A stretch of 64,000 nt of DNA from an uncultured Acidobacteriota bacterium (GTDB lineage Bacteria > Acidobacteriota > UBA6911), in the NCBI GenBank assembly GCA_963809485.1, contig CAWEJX010000020.1, positions 672,001 through 736,000 on the forward strand. The letters run 5' to 3'. Positions 28,569 through 39,060 of this stretch are shown in pieces. Under the pieces are notes generated by a model. The model searched no databases. It worked only from the letters and a program-made list of their open reading frames with translations, and had not been told where the DNA came from. Each line of letters starts with the position of its first letter. Position 1 is the stretch's first letter. A program made the position numbers and the translations under genes.

Positions 28569-31538
28569 ATGATGGTAGGCCGAAAACAGATCACCTTCGA
28601 CGTCTTTACCCTGGACCCCGAGAACGAGCTTCTCTGGAAGGGACCGGAAAGAATCCACCTGCGGCCCAAGACCTTTGCCCTGCTTCAGTATCTGGCAGCG
28701 CACCCCGGCCAGCTCGTCACCAAGAACGAATTGCTCAACGCGGTCTGGCAGGACCTCCACGTAGGAGACGAAGCCCTGAAGCACTGCGTGGCTGAAATAC
28801 GCAGAGTCCTGGCCGACAACGCCGAAGCGCCACGGTTCGTGGAAACGGTGCATCGCAGGGGATACCGGTTTCTCGGCAAAACGGGCGCTTCGCGCGCATC
28901 AACCGCCGACCGGACGGCCAAGGCCAAAACTCCGGACCAGCAGCCAACCCCCGATAGCCTCCAGCTTGTAGGCAGATCAACCGAGCTTGCGCAGCTGCAT
29001 CTTTGCCTGTCCAAGGCTATGTCGGGAGTCCGCCAGGTGGTATTTATTTCCGGCGATCAGGGAATCGGCAAAACCAGCCTGGTGGATGTGTTTCTTGAAA
29101 TTGTGAGTCGCAATCAGCCTGGCCAGCCGAGTGAGGAGGCCCTGGTCCGGCCATCGGTCGCCAGAGGGCAATGCATAAAGTCTCATGGCGCCGGCGAAGC
29201 ATTCATGCCCGTTATGGAAGCCATCACCGGACTGTGCCACACTCCCCTTCGCAAACGCACCATCGCCGTGCTTCGCCACTATGCTCCCCTGTGGCTGATG
29301 CAAATGCCTTCCCTGATCAGCGACACCCAGCTGCAGAGTTTGCAGCGCGCCAACACCGGCGCCTCCCGCGAACGAATGCTCCGGGAGATGGCCGAAGCGT
29401 TGGATGCGCTCACCGAGGATATCCCGCTGGTCCTGGTCCTGGAGGACCTGCACTGGAGCGATTACTCCACGCTGGACCTGATTTCCTATTGGGCCCGGCG
29501 GCGAGCCCGGTCGCAGCTCCTGCTGATAGGGACCTATCGAAAGGAAGAAATCCTGGTTGCCGACCATCCTCTGAAAACTCTCGAGCAGGAACTGTGCGCG
29601 CACCAGCGATGCCATGAACTGCCGCTCTCCTTCCTTGATGAAGCTGCCGTCGGAGAATACTTGTCCCGGCGTTTCCACTCGCATAAATTACTCCCTGAAA
29701 TCGCGTCTTGGGTTCACCAGTGGACGGGCGGCAACCCTCTGTTCATGGTCAATGTTCTGGATCACCTCTTGGCCCGTGGATTGATTTCCCACCACAAAGG
29801 GCATTGGCGCTTCGAATCCACCCTGGAGGAAGCTGAGAAGACGGTTCCGCCGACCATCCAGCAGATCATCGAGCGGCAGTTCGAACGTTGCACTCCGGAG
29901 GAACAAAGCCTGCTTCAGGCGGCGAGCGTTGAGGGTGTGGAGTTTACGGTTGCCGGGGCAGCAGCCGCACTGGGCGAAGAAGCCGATCGCGTGGAGAAGC
30001 TGTGCCGGGCGCTCACAGACCGGAACCAGTTCCTGCATCCGGCGGGCACCCGCCAATCCGCAGGCGGACACCAGACGGCCTTTTACAGGTTCATCCACGC
30101 CATGTATCAGAGCATCTGCTACCAGCTCTTGCCCGAGGAGCTGCGTTCGCGATACCACCGGAGCGTGGCCGAATACATCGAAAGCATCCGTCATCCAAAT
30201 CCTGGCGAAATGGCCGCCCGGCTGGCCATGCACTTTGACCACGGGCATGAGCATAGCCGCGCAATCAGGTATTACCAGCGGGCTGCCGACAATGCCAACC
30301 TGCGCTATGCCGGGCGTGAGGCCCTGGAACTGGCCACGCGCGGAATGCAGCTGCTCGAAACGGAGCCCGCATCGCCCGAGCGCACCGAGCGCGAAATGTG
30401 CCTGCAGATTGCGCGCGGCACGGCACTGATGTCCGCCCGGGGCCTGGGCGCGCAGGAGGTCAGCCATGCTTTCGGCCGCGCCCGCGAGTTGTTCCAGGAA
30501 TTGACCAAGAGCCAGAGGTCCGGGAAGAAGACGCTGCTCTTTTCCGCTCTTTACGGGCTGTGGTCCTATCACTGGGTCCGCGCGGAATACGATGTGGCTC
30601 GCGCGCTGGCGGATCAGCTGCTGCAGATGGCCACGGACGAACGGGACGCATATCTGCTCAGCCAGGCCCATCGTGCTCTTGGCATTATCCTGATGGACCA
30701 TGGGGATTTCGTTGGAGCCCTGGAGCACCTGGAACAAAGCACAGACGTAGTCAGCCGTTTCTGTGCCGCCATAGCTCAGTGGCACCTCGGCTATCCCGAT
30801 CGGGCATTGAAAAACTGCGAGGAGACTCTCGCGTTCGCCCTGCAAACCCGCAATCCGGAAAACTGCATCTTCGCGCAACTGGGAAAGGCCAGGGTACACA
30901 TGGCCCGCAGGGAAAGCCGGGAGGCATTGGATTGCGCCCAGGCTGCACTGGCGCTCGCTCACGATCAAGGGCTGGTGGAACAATGGCTCGCTCCCATGAA
31001 GTGCATCCGCGGGTGGGCTATTGCCAAGCTTGGGCAGGTGAACAACGGGTTGGAACAGGTTCTCCAGGCCTTGGCCGTTTTCCAGGCAATCGGTTCCAGC
31101 AACCTGACTCCCCTGCTGTCAGCCATGGCCGCGGAAATTTTACTGGATGCAGAACAGATCGACCAGGGACTTGCCATCGTCGAAGATGCTCAGAACATCG
31201 CCCGCAACACGGGCATGAATCATTGCGATGCGGAGATCTGCCGCCTTAAAGGTGAGCTGTTGCGCCAGCAGCCAAACAGACACACACCGTCAGAAAAGAA
31301 CGGCCGGCAGTTCCGGGAAGCCGAAAGATGCTTTGAACAGGCCATTGAAACCGCCCGCAAACAAAATGCCAGGTCGTTTGAACTGCGTGCCACAACAAGC
31401 CTGGCCAAGCTTTTGGGAAAGGAAAACCGTCAGGCTGAGGCCCGACAATACCTGGCGAAGATCTGCCATTGGTTCACGGAAGGCCACAACACTCCGGATA
31501 TGATGGAAGCCCAGGCCCTACTTCGCGAGCTTTCTTGA
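28569..31538 (+). CDS. OmpR-type winged-helix + STAND/AAA ATPase + TPR transcriptional regulator
   Basis: LRPKTFALL.YL...LVTK.ELL..VW...TVHRRGYRF; Walker A GDQGIGKT; Walker B LVLEDLHW; GGNPLF; C-terminal ELRATTSLA...WFTEG. Confidence 0.9.
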   Translation: MMVGRKQITFDVFTLDPENELLWKGPERIHLRPKTFALLQYLAAHPGQLVTKNELLNAVWQDLHVGDEALKHCVAEIRRVLADNAEAPRFVETVHRRGYRFLGKTGASRASTADRTAKAKTPDQQPTPDSLQLVGRSTELAQLHLCLSKAMSGVRQVVFISGDQGIGKTSLVDVFLEIVSRNQPGQPSEEALVRPSVARGQCIKSHGAGEAFMPVMEAITGLCHTPLRKRTIAVLRHYAPLWLMQMPSLISDTQLQSLQRANTGASRERMLREMAEALDALTEDIPLVLVLEDLHWSDYSTLDLISYWARRRARSQLLLIGTYRKEEILVADHPLKTLEQELCAHQRCHELPLSFLDEAAVGEYLSRRFHSHKLLPEIASWVHQWTGGNPLFMVNVLDHLLARGLISHHKGHWRFESTLEEAEKTVPPTIQQIIERQFERCTPEEQSLLQAASVEGVEFTVAGAAAALGEEADRVEKLCRALTDRNQFLHPAGTRQSAGGHQTAFYRFIHAMYQSICYQLLPEELRSRYHRSVAEYIESIRHPNPGEMAARLAMHFDHGHEHSRAIRYYQRAADNANLRYAGREALELATRGMQLLETEPASPERTEREMCLQIARGTALMSARGLGAQEVSHAFGRARELFQELTKSQRSGKKTLLFSALYGLWSYHWVRAEYDVARALADQLLQMATDERDAYLLSQAHRALGIILMDHGDFVGALEHLEQSTDVVSRFCAAIAQWHLGYPDRALKNCEETLAFALQTRNPENCIFAQLGKARVHMARRESREALDCAQAALALAHDQGLVEQWLAPMKCIRGWAIAKLGQVNNGLEQVLQALAVFQAIGSSNLTPLLSAMAAEILLDAEQIDQGLAIVEDAQNIARNTGMNHCDAEICRLKGELLRQQPNRHTPSEKNGRQFREAERCFEQAIETARKQNARSFELRATTSLAKLLGKENRQAEARQYLAKICHWFTEGHNTPDMMEAQALLRELS

Positions 31539-31764
31539 ATCATTCATCCATCATTCATTCAGTCGCGCAGATCTCCCCGCAGTAATATAGGTTTGCTTGT
31601 TACACTTTTGCAGGGCCGGCCTTCCGGCCGCCCTTACGGGAGATCGAGAGGATACGTACCGATAGCGCAGTACGGGATTGCTCTACCCCGTTTCTCAAGG
31701 TAGAATCGGATTGCTGGGAGTTGTAAGAGTATTTCCTCGAGAAACCAAGCATAAGGAGACAGTG

Positions 31765-32118
31765 ATGACCAGACTCTACACGGCTATTTTTCTCGTTCTG
31801 TCGCTCCTGCTTACTTTCGGCTGCTCTTCCATCCCTTCCGGTACCGAACGGATTACCGACCTCCAGAAGAATGGGGCAGCACAGATCGGCCAGAGTGTCG
31901 TAGTTGTCGGGATGGCGGATAACAAATCCCCTCTCTCCTCGTTCAGAATTATCAAGGTTTACCAGAATGAGGACTTCATCTGGGTTGTGCTTCCGGAAGG
32001 GGCCGAAGAGCCTCCCCAGGGAATGAATATACGTGTTGCCGGGACTTTTCAGCAGAAGGAATTCAACGTCATCGGGAAAGTCTTTTGCATCGAGGCGACA
32101 AAAATCACAATGGAGTAG
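31765..32118 (+). CDS. Small lipoprotein, probable OB fold
   Basis: RBS AAGGAG; signal peptide with lipobox LTFGC; V.V.G...IWV...G..IRV.G beta pattern. Confidence 0.75.
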   Translation: MTRLYTAIFLVLSLLLTFGCSSIPSGTERITDLQKNGAAQIGQSVVVVGMADNKSPLSSFRIIKVYQNEDFIWVVLPEGAEEPPQGMNIRVAGTFQQKEFNVIGKVFCIEATKITME

Positions 32119-32166
32119 CAGCCCTTCGATGTGCGGACAGGGCACTGCGGGTCCGATAAGGGATTT

Positions 32167-32946
32167 TCATTCCGGCATTTGATACGAAGCGACGAACGAT
32201 ATTTCCCCCAGGTAGTGCGAGAGAAAGCGGGAAAGGCTTTCTCTAGCCACGGAGGCATGCTCCTTCCACTCACGGAAGGTTCGTATCATTCCTTCATCCA
32301 TGAGGCTCCTGGCCCGATCCCGCATGCCGGTTGAGGGATCTGTGGAAAAGGGTGCGAGGAATGTGTCCTCCGCTTCATCGCTGATCACCCGCACACAACT
32401 GATGGGAAGCTTTCTGGATTCTGCTATACGGGCCAGTGCGGCCGTTTCCATATCCACGACCGAGGCACCGAATTTGCGGCGGAGCAGGCGTTTATGCACC
32501 GGATCTCCCAGCACGTATCGGGATGTCAGTCCATCTCCCCTATGGGCTGTGAGGCCGATGGACAGCGCCGCTCGGGCAAGTTCCTCGCAATCTGCCAAAT
32601 CGTATACGCCATCCAATTGGACGTGGTCCCAGTCGGGATTTTCCTTGTCCAGACTGAATGCCAGTGCCCGTCTGACTGCGACCAGGTTGCCGAGTTTCAG
32701 ACTGGCGTCCAGGGCGCCCGCGTAGCCGATGACGAGGATACGGGAGGGCGTGACCAATTCCAGAGCCTGATCAAGACTCTCAGCGGATCGCCTCGGTCCC
32801 ACGCCCGATTTCAGGAAAAGGAATGACCGGTCGCCCCTCTCTGCCTGCCACAAGTTAAGGCCCTGGCTGCGGATCCTCTTCGGATTCCGGCAAAGCTCCA
32901 TTCCGGCTTCCAGTTCCTCTTTCATTGCTGCAGCAACCAATAGCAT
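32167..32946 (-). CDS. Nucleoside phosphorylase / MTA-SAH nucleosidase family (HpnG-like)
   Basis: AAM.EE, SGVG, GYAGAL, VDMETAA, RVISD. Confidence 0.85.
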   Translation of the reverse strand: MLLVAAAMKEELEAGMELCRNPKRIRSQGLNLWQAERGDRSFLFLKSGVGPRRSAESLDQALELVTPSRILVIGYAGALDASLKLGNLVAVRRALAFSLDKENPDWDHVQLDGVYDLADCEELARAALSIGLTAHRGDGLTSRYVLGDPVHKRLLRRKFGASVVDMETAALARIAESRKLPISCVRVISDEAEDTFLAPFSTDPSTGMRDRARSLMDEGMIRTFREWKEHASVARESLSRFLSHYLGEISFVASYQMPE

Positions 32947-33147
32947 AGGCCATCCAGCTTAGGGCGATTTGCCATCATAGTAAAGCCGGGGATGCCAATA
33001 AATTCTCTGGCGGGATTCAGAGTTTAAGTTTTTTTGAACGCACTCCGCTGCCGTTCGGCTCTATAGTCTTGTCGAGGATAAAGTTGAAGGAACAGCAATC
33101 CATCGGCTATATTGGGCATCCAATGATTCCCTGGAAGCGACATTAAG

Positions 33148-34116
33148 ATGCTGGCGTCGATATTGATCTTCCTGCTTTTGCTCTGCCCCGGATTTCAGCC
33201 TTCCGCAAAACTCGACGAGGCTATCCGGCTCTACTACAAAGGGGATTTCAAACAGGCTGCCCAATTGCTGTCCCAGTTGAGCGGCTCGTCCCCCGAAAAT
33301 CCCGATTTGAGGCTTTGGCTGGGAAAATCCTACCTCAAGACACGCCAATGGAGCAGCGCGGTCCGGGAGATGGAAAAAGCAGTCGAACTGGCTCCGTCCA
33401 AGGCCCAATACCACCTATGGCTGGGCCGTGCCTTAGGCGCCCGAGCGTCTCATACTGTATTTTTTAAGGCCCTCGGCTTGGCTCGCCGTGTTGTTAAGGA
33501 ATTCGAAACTGCCTCAAAGCTTGCGCCGGAAGATCTCGACATACGGTTTGACCTGCTCGACTATTACATCAGTGCTCCGGGCATTGTGGGCGGGAGCAAA
33601 GGGAAAGCGGAAGCTCAGGCTAAGGCTATTGCCAAACTCGATCCGAAAAAGGGTTACGTAGCCCGGGCAATGATCTTCGAAGACAGCAAAAATCCGGACC
33701 TTGCACGAAAAGAGCTTCTTCAGGCAACCATCGATTATCCGGGCGATGCCGACGCGCACAAGGACCTGGCCGATTTCCTCCTTGCCAGGAAGGATTTTGA
33801 AGGCGCGCTGGTTCATGCTCAGAGGGCGCTGGCATTGGACAGCGGCTCGAAGCGCACGAGGCTCTTGCTGGCTGCAGCCAGGATCCGGCTGCGCTCGAAT
33901 CTGGAGGAAGCCGGTAAAGCCTTGCAGGAACTTGTTGCGGAGCCGCTGCGCGACGAGGATCCGGCATTTGAGGAGGTTTACGGCTGGCTGGGAGAATTTT
34001 TTCTCGCCAAAAGCGACAACACAAAAGCGCGCGAGGCGTTCAAATCGGCACTTGCCTTCAATCCTGAATACGAGCCGGCTAAGGATGGGATCTCCAGACT
34101 GCGGCAGAGTCCTTAA
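33148..34116 (+). CDS. Secreted tetratricopeptide repeat protein
   Basis: Signal peptide; repeated TPR consensus; APGIVGG motif. Confidence 0.85.
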   Translation: MLASILIFLLLLCPGFQPSAKLDEAIRLYYKGDFKQAAQLLSQLSGSSPENPDLRLWLGKSYLKTRQWSSAVREMEKAVELAPSKAQYHLWLGRALGARASHTVFFKALGLARRVVKEFETASKLAPEDLDIRFDLLDYYISAPGIVGGSKGKAEAQAKAIAKLDPKKGYVARAMIFEDSKNPDLARKELLQATIDYPGDADAHKDLADFLLARKDFEGALVHAQRALALDSGSKRTRLLLAAARIRLRSNLEEAGKALQELVAEPLRDEDPAFEEVYGWLGEFFLAKSDNTKAREAFKSALAFNPEYEPAKDGISRLRQSP

Positions 34117-34136
34117 ACCGGCTGAGGGTTTCTCCT

Positions 34137-35462
34137 ATGATCACACCATTGCGATTGTTCACCGTAATCTTCACCCTTTTATATCCCTGTGCCGGAATCG
34201 TTTTTGCGTCCGATCCGGCAGGGATGGCTCCCGAATCCAGAAGGTTGACGGTTCAGGAAGCGGTGCAAATGACGCTGTCCCGTTCTCCCGATGTGTTGCT
34301 GGCCGAAGCCCAGACGATTCGGGCCGCTGAGGCTTTGCGCGAGAGCCGCTCGCTGAAAAAGCCCCAGTTGGTTACCGGAACCGGGCTCGCATACAACAAC
34401 GGCTACCCGCTGAGCATGGAAGGGGCCGCTCCGTCGATTTTCCAAATTGGCGCGAGCCAGTCCATTTTCAGCAAACGAAATAACAATCTCATCCGTGAAG
34501 CCGAGGAATCCGGGAAAGCCAGCCGCCTGGGCATGGAATCCATTCGCAACGAAATGGCTTCGAAAACCGCCATGGTGTATTGTGAATTGTACAAAGCCCG
34601 CAAACTCGGCATGCTCGCATCGGCGCGATTGATTGCGGCCAGGAAAGAGCAGGAGCGTCTGGAAATTCTGCTCGCGGCCGGTAAAGTGCGCCCCGTTGAT
34701 GTGACGCTGGCCAGGGCGGGTACATACTCAGCACAACAGCAACTCCTGGTTGCGCGTGAGGACGCCGGTGTGGCCGAGGCCGAGCTTAAGTCTCTGACCG
34801 GTTTGGAGGAAACCGTCTCGATCGACCCTGCCGAGCCGAGGATCGAAAGCCCAGTCTTCAAATCGTCCGCGGAGGCGCTCTATCAGCAGGCTTTGGAGCG
34901 CTCGCCGGAGATCCTCCAGGCTGAATCCAGCATCCGTGCGAAGGAATTCCGCCATGAAGCCGAAAGAGGCGGAAGGCTGCCTCAGATGGACATCATCGGC
35001 CAGTATGCCCTTTTCAGCAAAGCCAACAATTACGACGACTTTTTCACCCGCTTCACGAGAAACAATTTCCTGATCGGGCTTTCCCTGCAGGTGCCCATTT
35101 TCGACGGATCGCGTGTCAGCGCAAGGGTGGCCCAGAGCCGGCAGGAAATCTCCGAGGCGCGCTATCGGCTGCAGCGCTTGCAGTCGGACCTGAAGATGAA
35201 CATACAGCGCAGCCTGAGCGCCCTGCGCATTGCCCTCGGGGCATTCGATCTTGCGCTCCAGGACTTGGAAGCCTCGCGGGAAATGGTCCGGGTCAGCGAA
35301 ACAATGATGGAAGCAGGCCGGATGGAATCCAGAGAGCTGGAAGAATCCCGTGTTCAGATGCAGCAAAGGGAGCATGCGCTGATCGAAGCCGATCTTTCCG
35401 TCATCGGGCGCAAGCTGGAACTGCTTCGCGCCATCGGATCCGTCGAGCTAGCACTCCGATAG
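34137..35462 (+). CDS. TolC-family outer membrane efflux protein
   Basis: Signal peptide; LT..EAV..., P.L, SLQVPIFDG; two-repeat OEP helical pattern. Confidence 0.85.
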   Translation: MITPLRLFTVIFTLLYPCAGIVFASDPAGMAPESRRLTVQEAVQMTLSRSPDVLLAEAQTIRAAEALRESRSLKKPQLVTGTGLAYNNGYPLSMEGAAPSIFQIGASQSIFSKRNNNLIREAEESGKASRLGMESIRNEMASKTAMVYCELYKARKLGMLASARLIAARKEQERLEILLAAGKVRPVDVTLARAGTYSAQQQLLVAREDAGVAEAELKSLTGLEETVSIDPAEPRIESPVFKSSAEALYQQALERSPEILQAESSIRAKEFRHEAERGGRLPQMDIIGQYALFSKANNYDDFFTRFTRNNFLIGLSLQVPIFDGSRVSARVAQSRQEISEARYRLQRLQSDLKMNIQRSLSALRIALGAFDLALQDLEASREMVRVSETMMEAGRMESRELEESRVQMQQREHALIEADLSVIGRKLELLRAIGSVELALR

Positions 35463-35527
35463 CATGCGCTTGGAGGCACTCTTTCGCAGCGAAGCAGCGA
35501 GGACGGCCGCGAATAAAAGTTCGCGCA

Positions 35528-35925
35528 GTCAGGTACCTCCGGCAAAGCCGGAGGCTTGAAAGATTTGAACCGCTCAAAGCGGTTGGACTAGTTACGCCGG
35601 TCTTGAACGCTGACTTACGCGGGCAAAAGCCGATGAGGCGCTTCCGATCCCTGCAGGGGTCAGCGCTCCGCGCTGGACAGTTTTCTGCGGCGGCACTGTG
35701 GCAAGCGCCGTGCGTCAAGGAGATGAAGGGTATGAGAAACCAGGCGTTTGCCACAGTGCCGCCGCAGAAAACTCCATCGGAAGCGCCTCATCGGCTTTTG
35801 CTCGCCGACCCTCGCCGAACAAAACGGCGTTTGTCAGCGCTTTTGTCAGCGTTTCTCAGCGTTTCAAAATACGGAGCTGTCAAACTCTTTGAGTCCCCCG
35901 GCAGAACCGGGAGTTTACCAATGTA
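35528..35925 (-). mobile_element. Non-autonomous IS200/IS605-type miniature element, copy 2
   Basis: Near-identical to 3230-3604 with extra GTCAGCG units; follows TAGT on the minus strand and ends at TGAC. Confidence 0.8.
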
Positions 35926-36006
35926 ACTAATCGGTGTATATCATCGGCAATCAATCAAGGTCAGGCCCCCGGCTTGCCCAGGCAGCCTGAATCGGGGAGC
36001 TTCGGC

Positions 36007-36648
36007 CTAAACGGACAGCTTACGCAGAAAAGCTTTCGCTTTTCTTGCTGTGGCCGCGCGCGTGTTGCCCGTCTGGCGCCGGACAAATTCAACCACCGAA
36101 GCGCCGGCGTTGCCGGGATCGACAAACATTTCCAGAGCCAAAATCGCTTTGCCGACTGCAATGTTCCGGCATTCAGCTGTCGGAAATCTACAGCCCTCAA
36201 CCGCGATAAGTTGAGAGGCAATCAGTCCCCTCTTGTCCGGGATCGCGCGCCCGATCTTGCCAAGCGCGAGGATGGCATTGTTGGCGGTTATCAATTCACC
36301 GCCCGATATGAATTTAAATAATTTATCCAGGCATCCCCGAACCTGATTCCTTCGATCCACCGCGGCCAGATTTCCCACCATCGCGATCGCATTCCATCTC
36401 AGGATCCGGTTCTCGCTATCAAGCAGCTCCACTATCTTGTCGATTTTCCCGCAAAGCAGACCCGGCCGCTTGATTGACAGAAGCAGCAATGCCTTGGAAC
36501 ATCCGAATTTTACATGCGCAATTCCGCTCGAGGTCCCGCGAAAAACCGATTCGAGCAAACGGATATTGACGGTAACATTTGCCAGGATCGTCTCGGCGTC
36601 GGCTGTTCCGGCCGCAAGCGCCGCGTGAAGGCTGTCCTCATGAGTCAT
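36007..36648 (-). CDS. Hypothetical HEAT/ARM-like helical repeat protein
   Basis: LLDSEN..LRWNA..MVGNLA; ITANNAI.ALGKI; RBS GAGGA. Confidence 0.65.
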   Translation of the reverse strand: MTHEDSLHAALAAGTADAETILANVTVNIRLLESVFRGTSSGIAHVKFGCSKALLLLSIKRPGLLCGKIDKIVELLDSENRILRWNAIAMVGNLAAVDRRNQVRGCLDKLFKFISGGELITANNAILALGKIGRAIPDKRGLIASQLIAVEGCRFPTAECRNIAVGKAILALEMFVDPGNAGASVVEFVRRQTGNTRAATARKAKAFLRKLSV

Positions 36649-36674
36649 CTCGGATCCTCGACGATGGGGAGGCG

Positions 36675-37133
36675 CTATTCCTCTGCCGCTTGAGGCTTTG
36701 CGGAAGCGCCGGCCCAAGCCTGGATGCGGTCCCTCTCCGATGGGCTCAATTTCGCATCGGAGTGTGCCAGGGTATAGTACCAGGGAGGCATTCCCCCTTC
36801 TCGAATTTCCTCCGCAATATCCGCCAGCTTGTGCGATTGAATTGGGTCGCTGTAAGAAGCCCATTCCGAGAAGTTTAGATTGCGCCGCCCCTCGTTAACG
36901 TCGCTGGCGATCAGCCAGGAAGCCGGAGCCACGCTGGAATACCAGGGCCAGACGGTTTCATTGGAGTGGCAATTGTAGCAGGTGCGGCGCAGCAATGATT
37001 TGACCTCAGGATCCGCCGTGAGGTCCGATTGGACCGGAGGATTAAACCTTTCAGGCCGTATCGCCTGCAATAGGAGAAATGCCACCACAAGAATTAGAAC
37101 CGTGATCCCGGCCTTTTTGCGAAGACTGTTCAT
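36675..37133 (-). CDS. Haem-binding domain (cytochrome c-type) protein
   Basis: CYNCHS.ET.WPWYS.VAP.SW...GR..LNFSEW...MPP..Y. Confidence 0.9.
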   Translation of the reverse strand: MNSLRKKAGITVLILVVAFLLLQAIRPERFNPPVQSDLTADPEVKSLLRRTCYNCHSNETVWPWYSSVAPASWLIASDVNEGRRNLNFSEWASYSDPIQSHKLADIAEEIREGGMPPWYYTLAHSDAKLSPSERDRIQAWAGASAKPQAAEE

Positions 37134-37332
37134 GTCCCCTCCCCTGAAGCATGCCTTGACAAACATCATTTAAATCAGGATGTGTCCATAGGGTACCTTC
37201 CCGCGCATAATTCTGTAAATCTTTCTTTGAGCCTCCAGTCTCACTGCAAATACCATCCAAATTCAGGCTTCCGTCTTCGAATGCCCAGCGCATCGATATA
37301 TACTAAATTCTGTGTATTCCGGGAGAAACGCT

Positions 37333-39060
37333 ATGGATGCAAAACAAAAAAAAATCCTGACCGGCGTTGCTTTACTCATAATCCTTGCCGGGTTGATTTC
37401 TCCTTTGCTCTTTTCCAGCCGTGAGCCGGCTCTCCCTCTGAGCCGGGAGCCTCTTGCATTCGATGCATCTCAGGCCTTTCAAGCTACGGAGAAATTCGTC
37501 ACTCAAAATCCCCGGAGACTTCTCGGCAGCCTCGAATCCCGTCAATCCACCGGTTTCCTTCACGACCGCCTCCAGGAGCTGGGGTACCAGGTCGACTATT
37601 CCCATTTTGATGCACGCATAGGCAGGCGCAAAGAGGCCGGCAGGAACATCCTGGCTTACAGGCAGGGCATGCATCCTGAAATCCTGGCCCTGGCAGCCCA
37701 TTTCGACACTGCCAGAACAACAGTTCAGGGGGCGATGAAAAACGGCGCCGCCGTGGGTGTGCTCCTGGAAATGGCTCGGGTGCTGGCCGCAAAGCCGACG
37801 CGCAGAAGTCTGTTGCTCATTCTCAGCGATGGCGGCGAATGGGGGATGGCAGGAGCACAGGACATCGCCGTGAACTATCCACAACGAGACCGAATCGCGG
37901 CCGTTCTCTCTCTGGATTATGTGGCGGCCGGAGACCTGGCGGCGTTCAGCCTGGAGGAATCCGGTCAGCTGAAAGGATATTCCCCTCCCTGGCTGCGCAC
38001 GCTTGCCCGGCATGCCGCCGAATCCCGGGGTTTGCCGGTTCTCGAGCCTTCGGGATTACGAGAACACTTCGAACGCGCGCTGCTTATCTCAAAAGCGGAC
38101 CAGGGTCCATTCTTGAGAGTGGGCATCCCAGCTATCAATCTGGGAAGCCGATCCGCCAATCGGGCAAGAGAACGCGCCATATACCACACGGAACAGGATA
38201 CGATTGAAAACCTGAAAACCGGCAGCATCCAGAAATACGGGGAAGTCGCCGAAAAGATAATGAAATCGATGGACGAGAGTCCGTCCATCCCGCGCGAATC
38301 CATGGAACCCCTCAGGCTCTGGGACCGATTGTTCCTGGCTCCGAGAGCCATCGGTGCGTTTCACTGGCTCTCCTTTTTGCCCCTTCCGATCGTTTTCTTT
38401 TTTCTATTGATAAACCATCTAAAGCGGCTGAGCTTGATCCTGATCGCGCGGGAGTTGCTTGCAGCACTGGGGACAGCCGTGCCATTTCTGATCGTTTACT
38501 TCTCCATAGGCCTGTTCCGCGCGGCCCGACGGCTTCCCCTGTACAACCTCTATCCGGCGACAGCCAGGGATCCCGTGCTCGAAAATCCTTCCTGGGGCAT
38601 TCTGGGAGGCATTTTGGGAACAGCTCTGTTTGTGGCGATCCTATGCTACATCGTGGCGAAGCTCTCATCTCGAAACCTGCCCAAACCCGACTTTCATGTT
38701 TCCAAACTCGCATTAATGGGTCTGCTGATCATCACTGCAGCTCTGGCTCTGGCGCACAACGCCTATTGGGCATTCTCCTTTCTCGTTCTTCCCGCATGGA
38801 TTTGGGCGCTTGTCGGCTGGAGCGGACAAATCAAAAGACGGGCGGTGAACTGGATCCTGCTGCTGGCGGCGGGAATTCCCTGCTATGCTGGTTTGTCGGC
38901 ACTGGCCTCCGGGCTATTTCTGAAATGGAACTTTGTCTGGTATCACGTGCTTGCTTTACACACGGGGCTTTTCACGACGGTGGGCTATTTCCTGGCGGTG
39001 GGAGCCACAGCCATCGGTTTGCGATTCATGGCCATCCAAAATCATGGCACCGAAACATAG
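37333..39060 (+). CDS. Membrane M28-peptidase-like protein with degenerate active site
   Basis: N-terminal TM; AHFDT, GAMKNG, DGGEWG, SLD, ADQ.PF, YHTEQD; C-terminal multi-TM domain. Confidence 0.8.
   Translation: MDAKQKKILTGVALLIILAGLISPLLFSSREPALPLSREPLAFDASQAFQATEKFVTQNPRRLLGSLESRQSTGFLHDRLQELGYQVDYSHFDARIGRRKEAGRNILAYRQGMHPEILALAAHFDTARTTVQGAMKNGAAVGVLLEMARVLAAKPTRRSLLLILSDGGEWGMAGAQDIAVNYPQRDRIAAVLSLDYVAAGDLAAFSLEESGQLKGYSPPWLRTLARHAAESRGLPVLEPSGLREHFERALLISKADQGPFLRVGIPAINLGSRSANRARERAIYHTEQDTIENLKTGSIQKYGEVAEKIMKSMDESPSIPRESMEPLRLWDRLFLAPRAIGAFHWLSFLPLPIVFFFLLINHLKRLSLILIARELLAALGTAVPFLIVYFSIGLFRAARRLPLYNLYPATARDPVLENPSWGILGGILGTALFVAILCYIVAKLSSRNLPKPDFHVSKLALMGLLIITAALALAHNAYWAFSFLVLPAWIWALVGWSGQIKRRAVNWILLLAAGIPCYAGLSALASGLFLKWNFVWYHVLALHTGLFTTVGYFLAVGATAIGLRFMAIQNHGTET

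Noticed and set aside
28569-31538. STAND protein as an Avs-type antiphage system
   Set aside because: The N-terminal domain is a DNA-binding wHTH, not a nuclease, TIR, SIR2 or protease effector, and there is no defence-island context
37156-37169. FNR-like box TTGAC-N4-ATCAT upstream of the haem-binding gene
   Set aside because: Two mismatches and only about 23 nt from the start codon; could be chance
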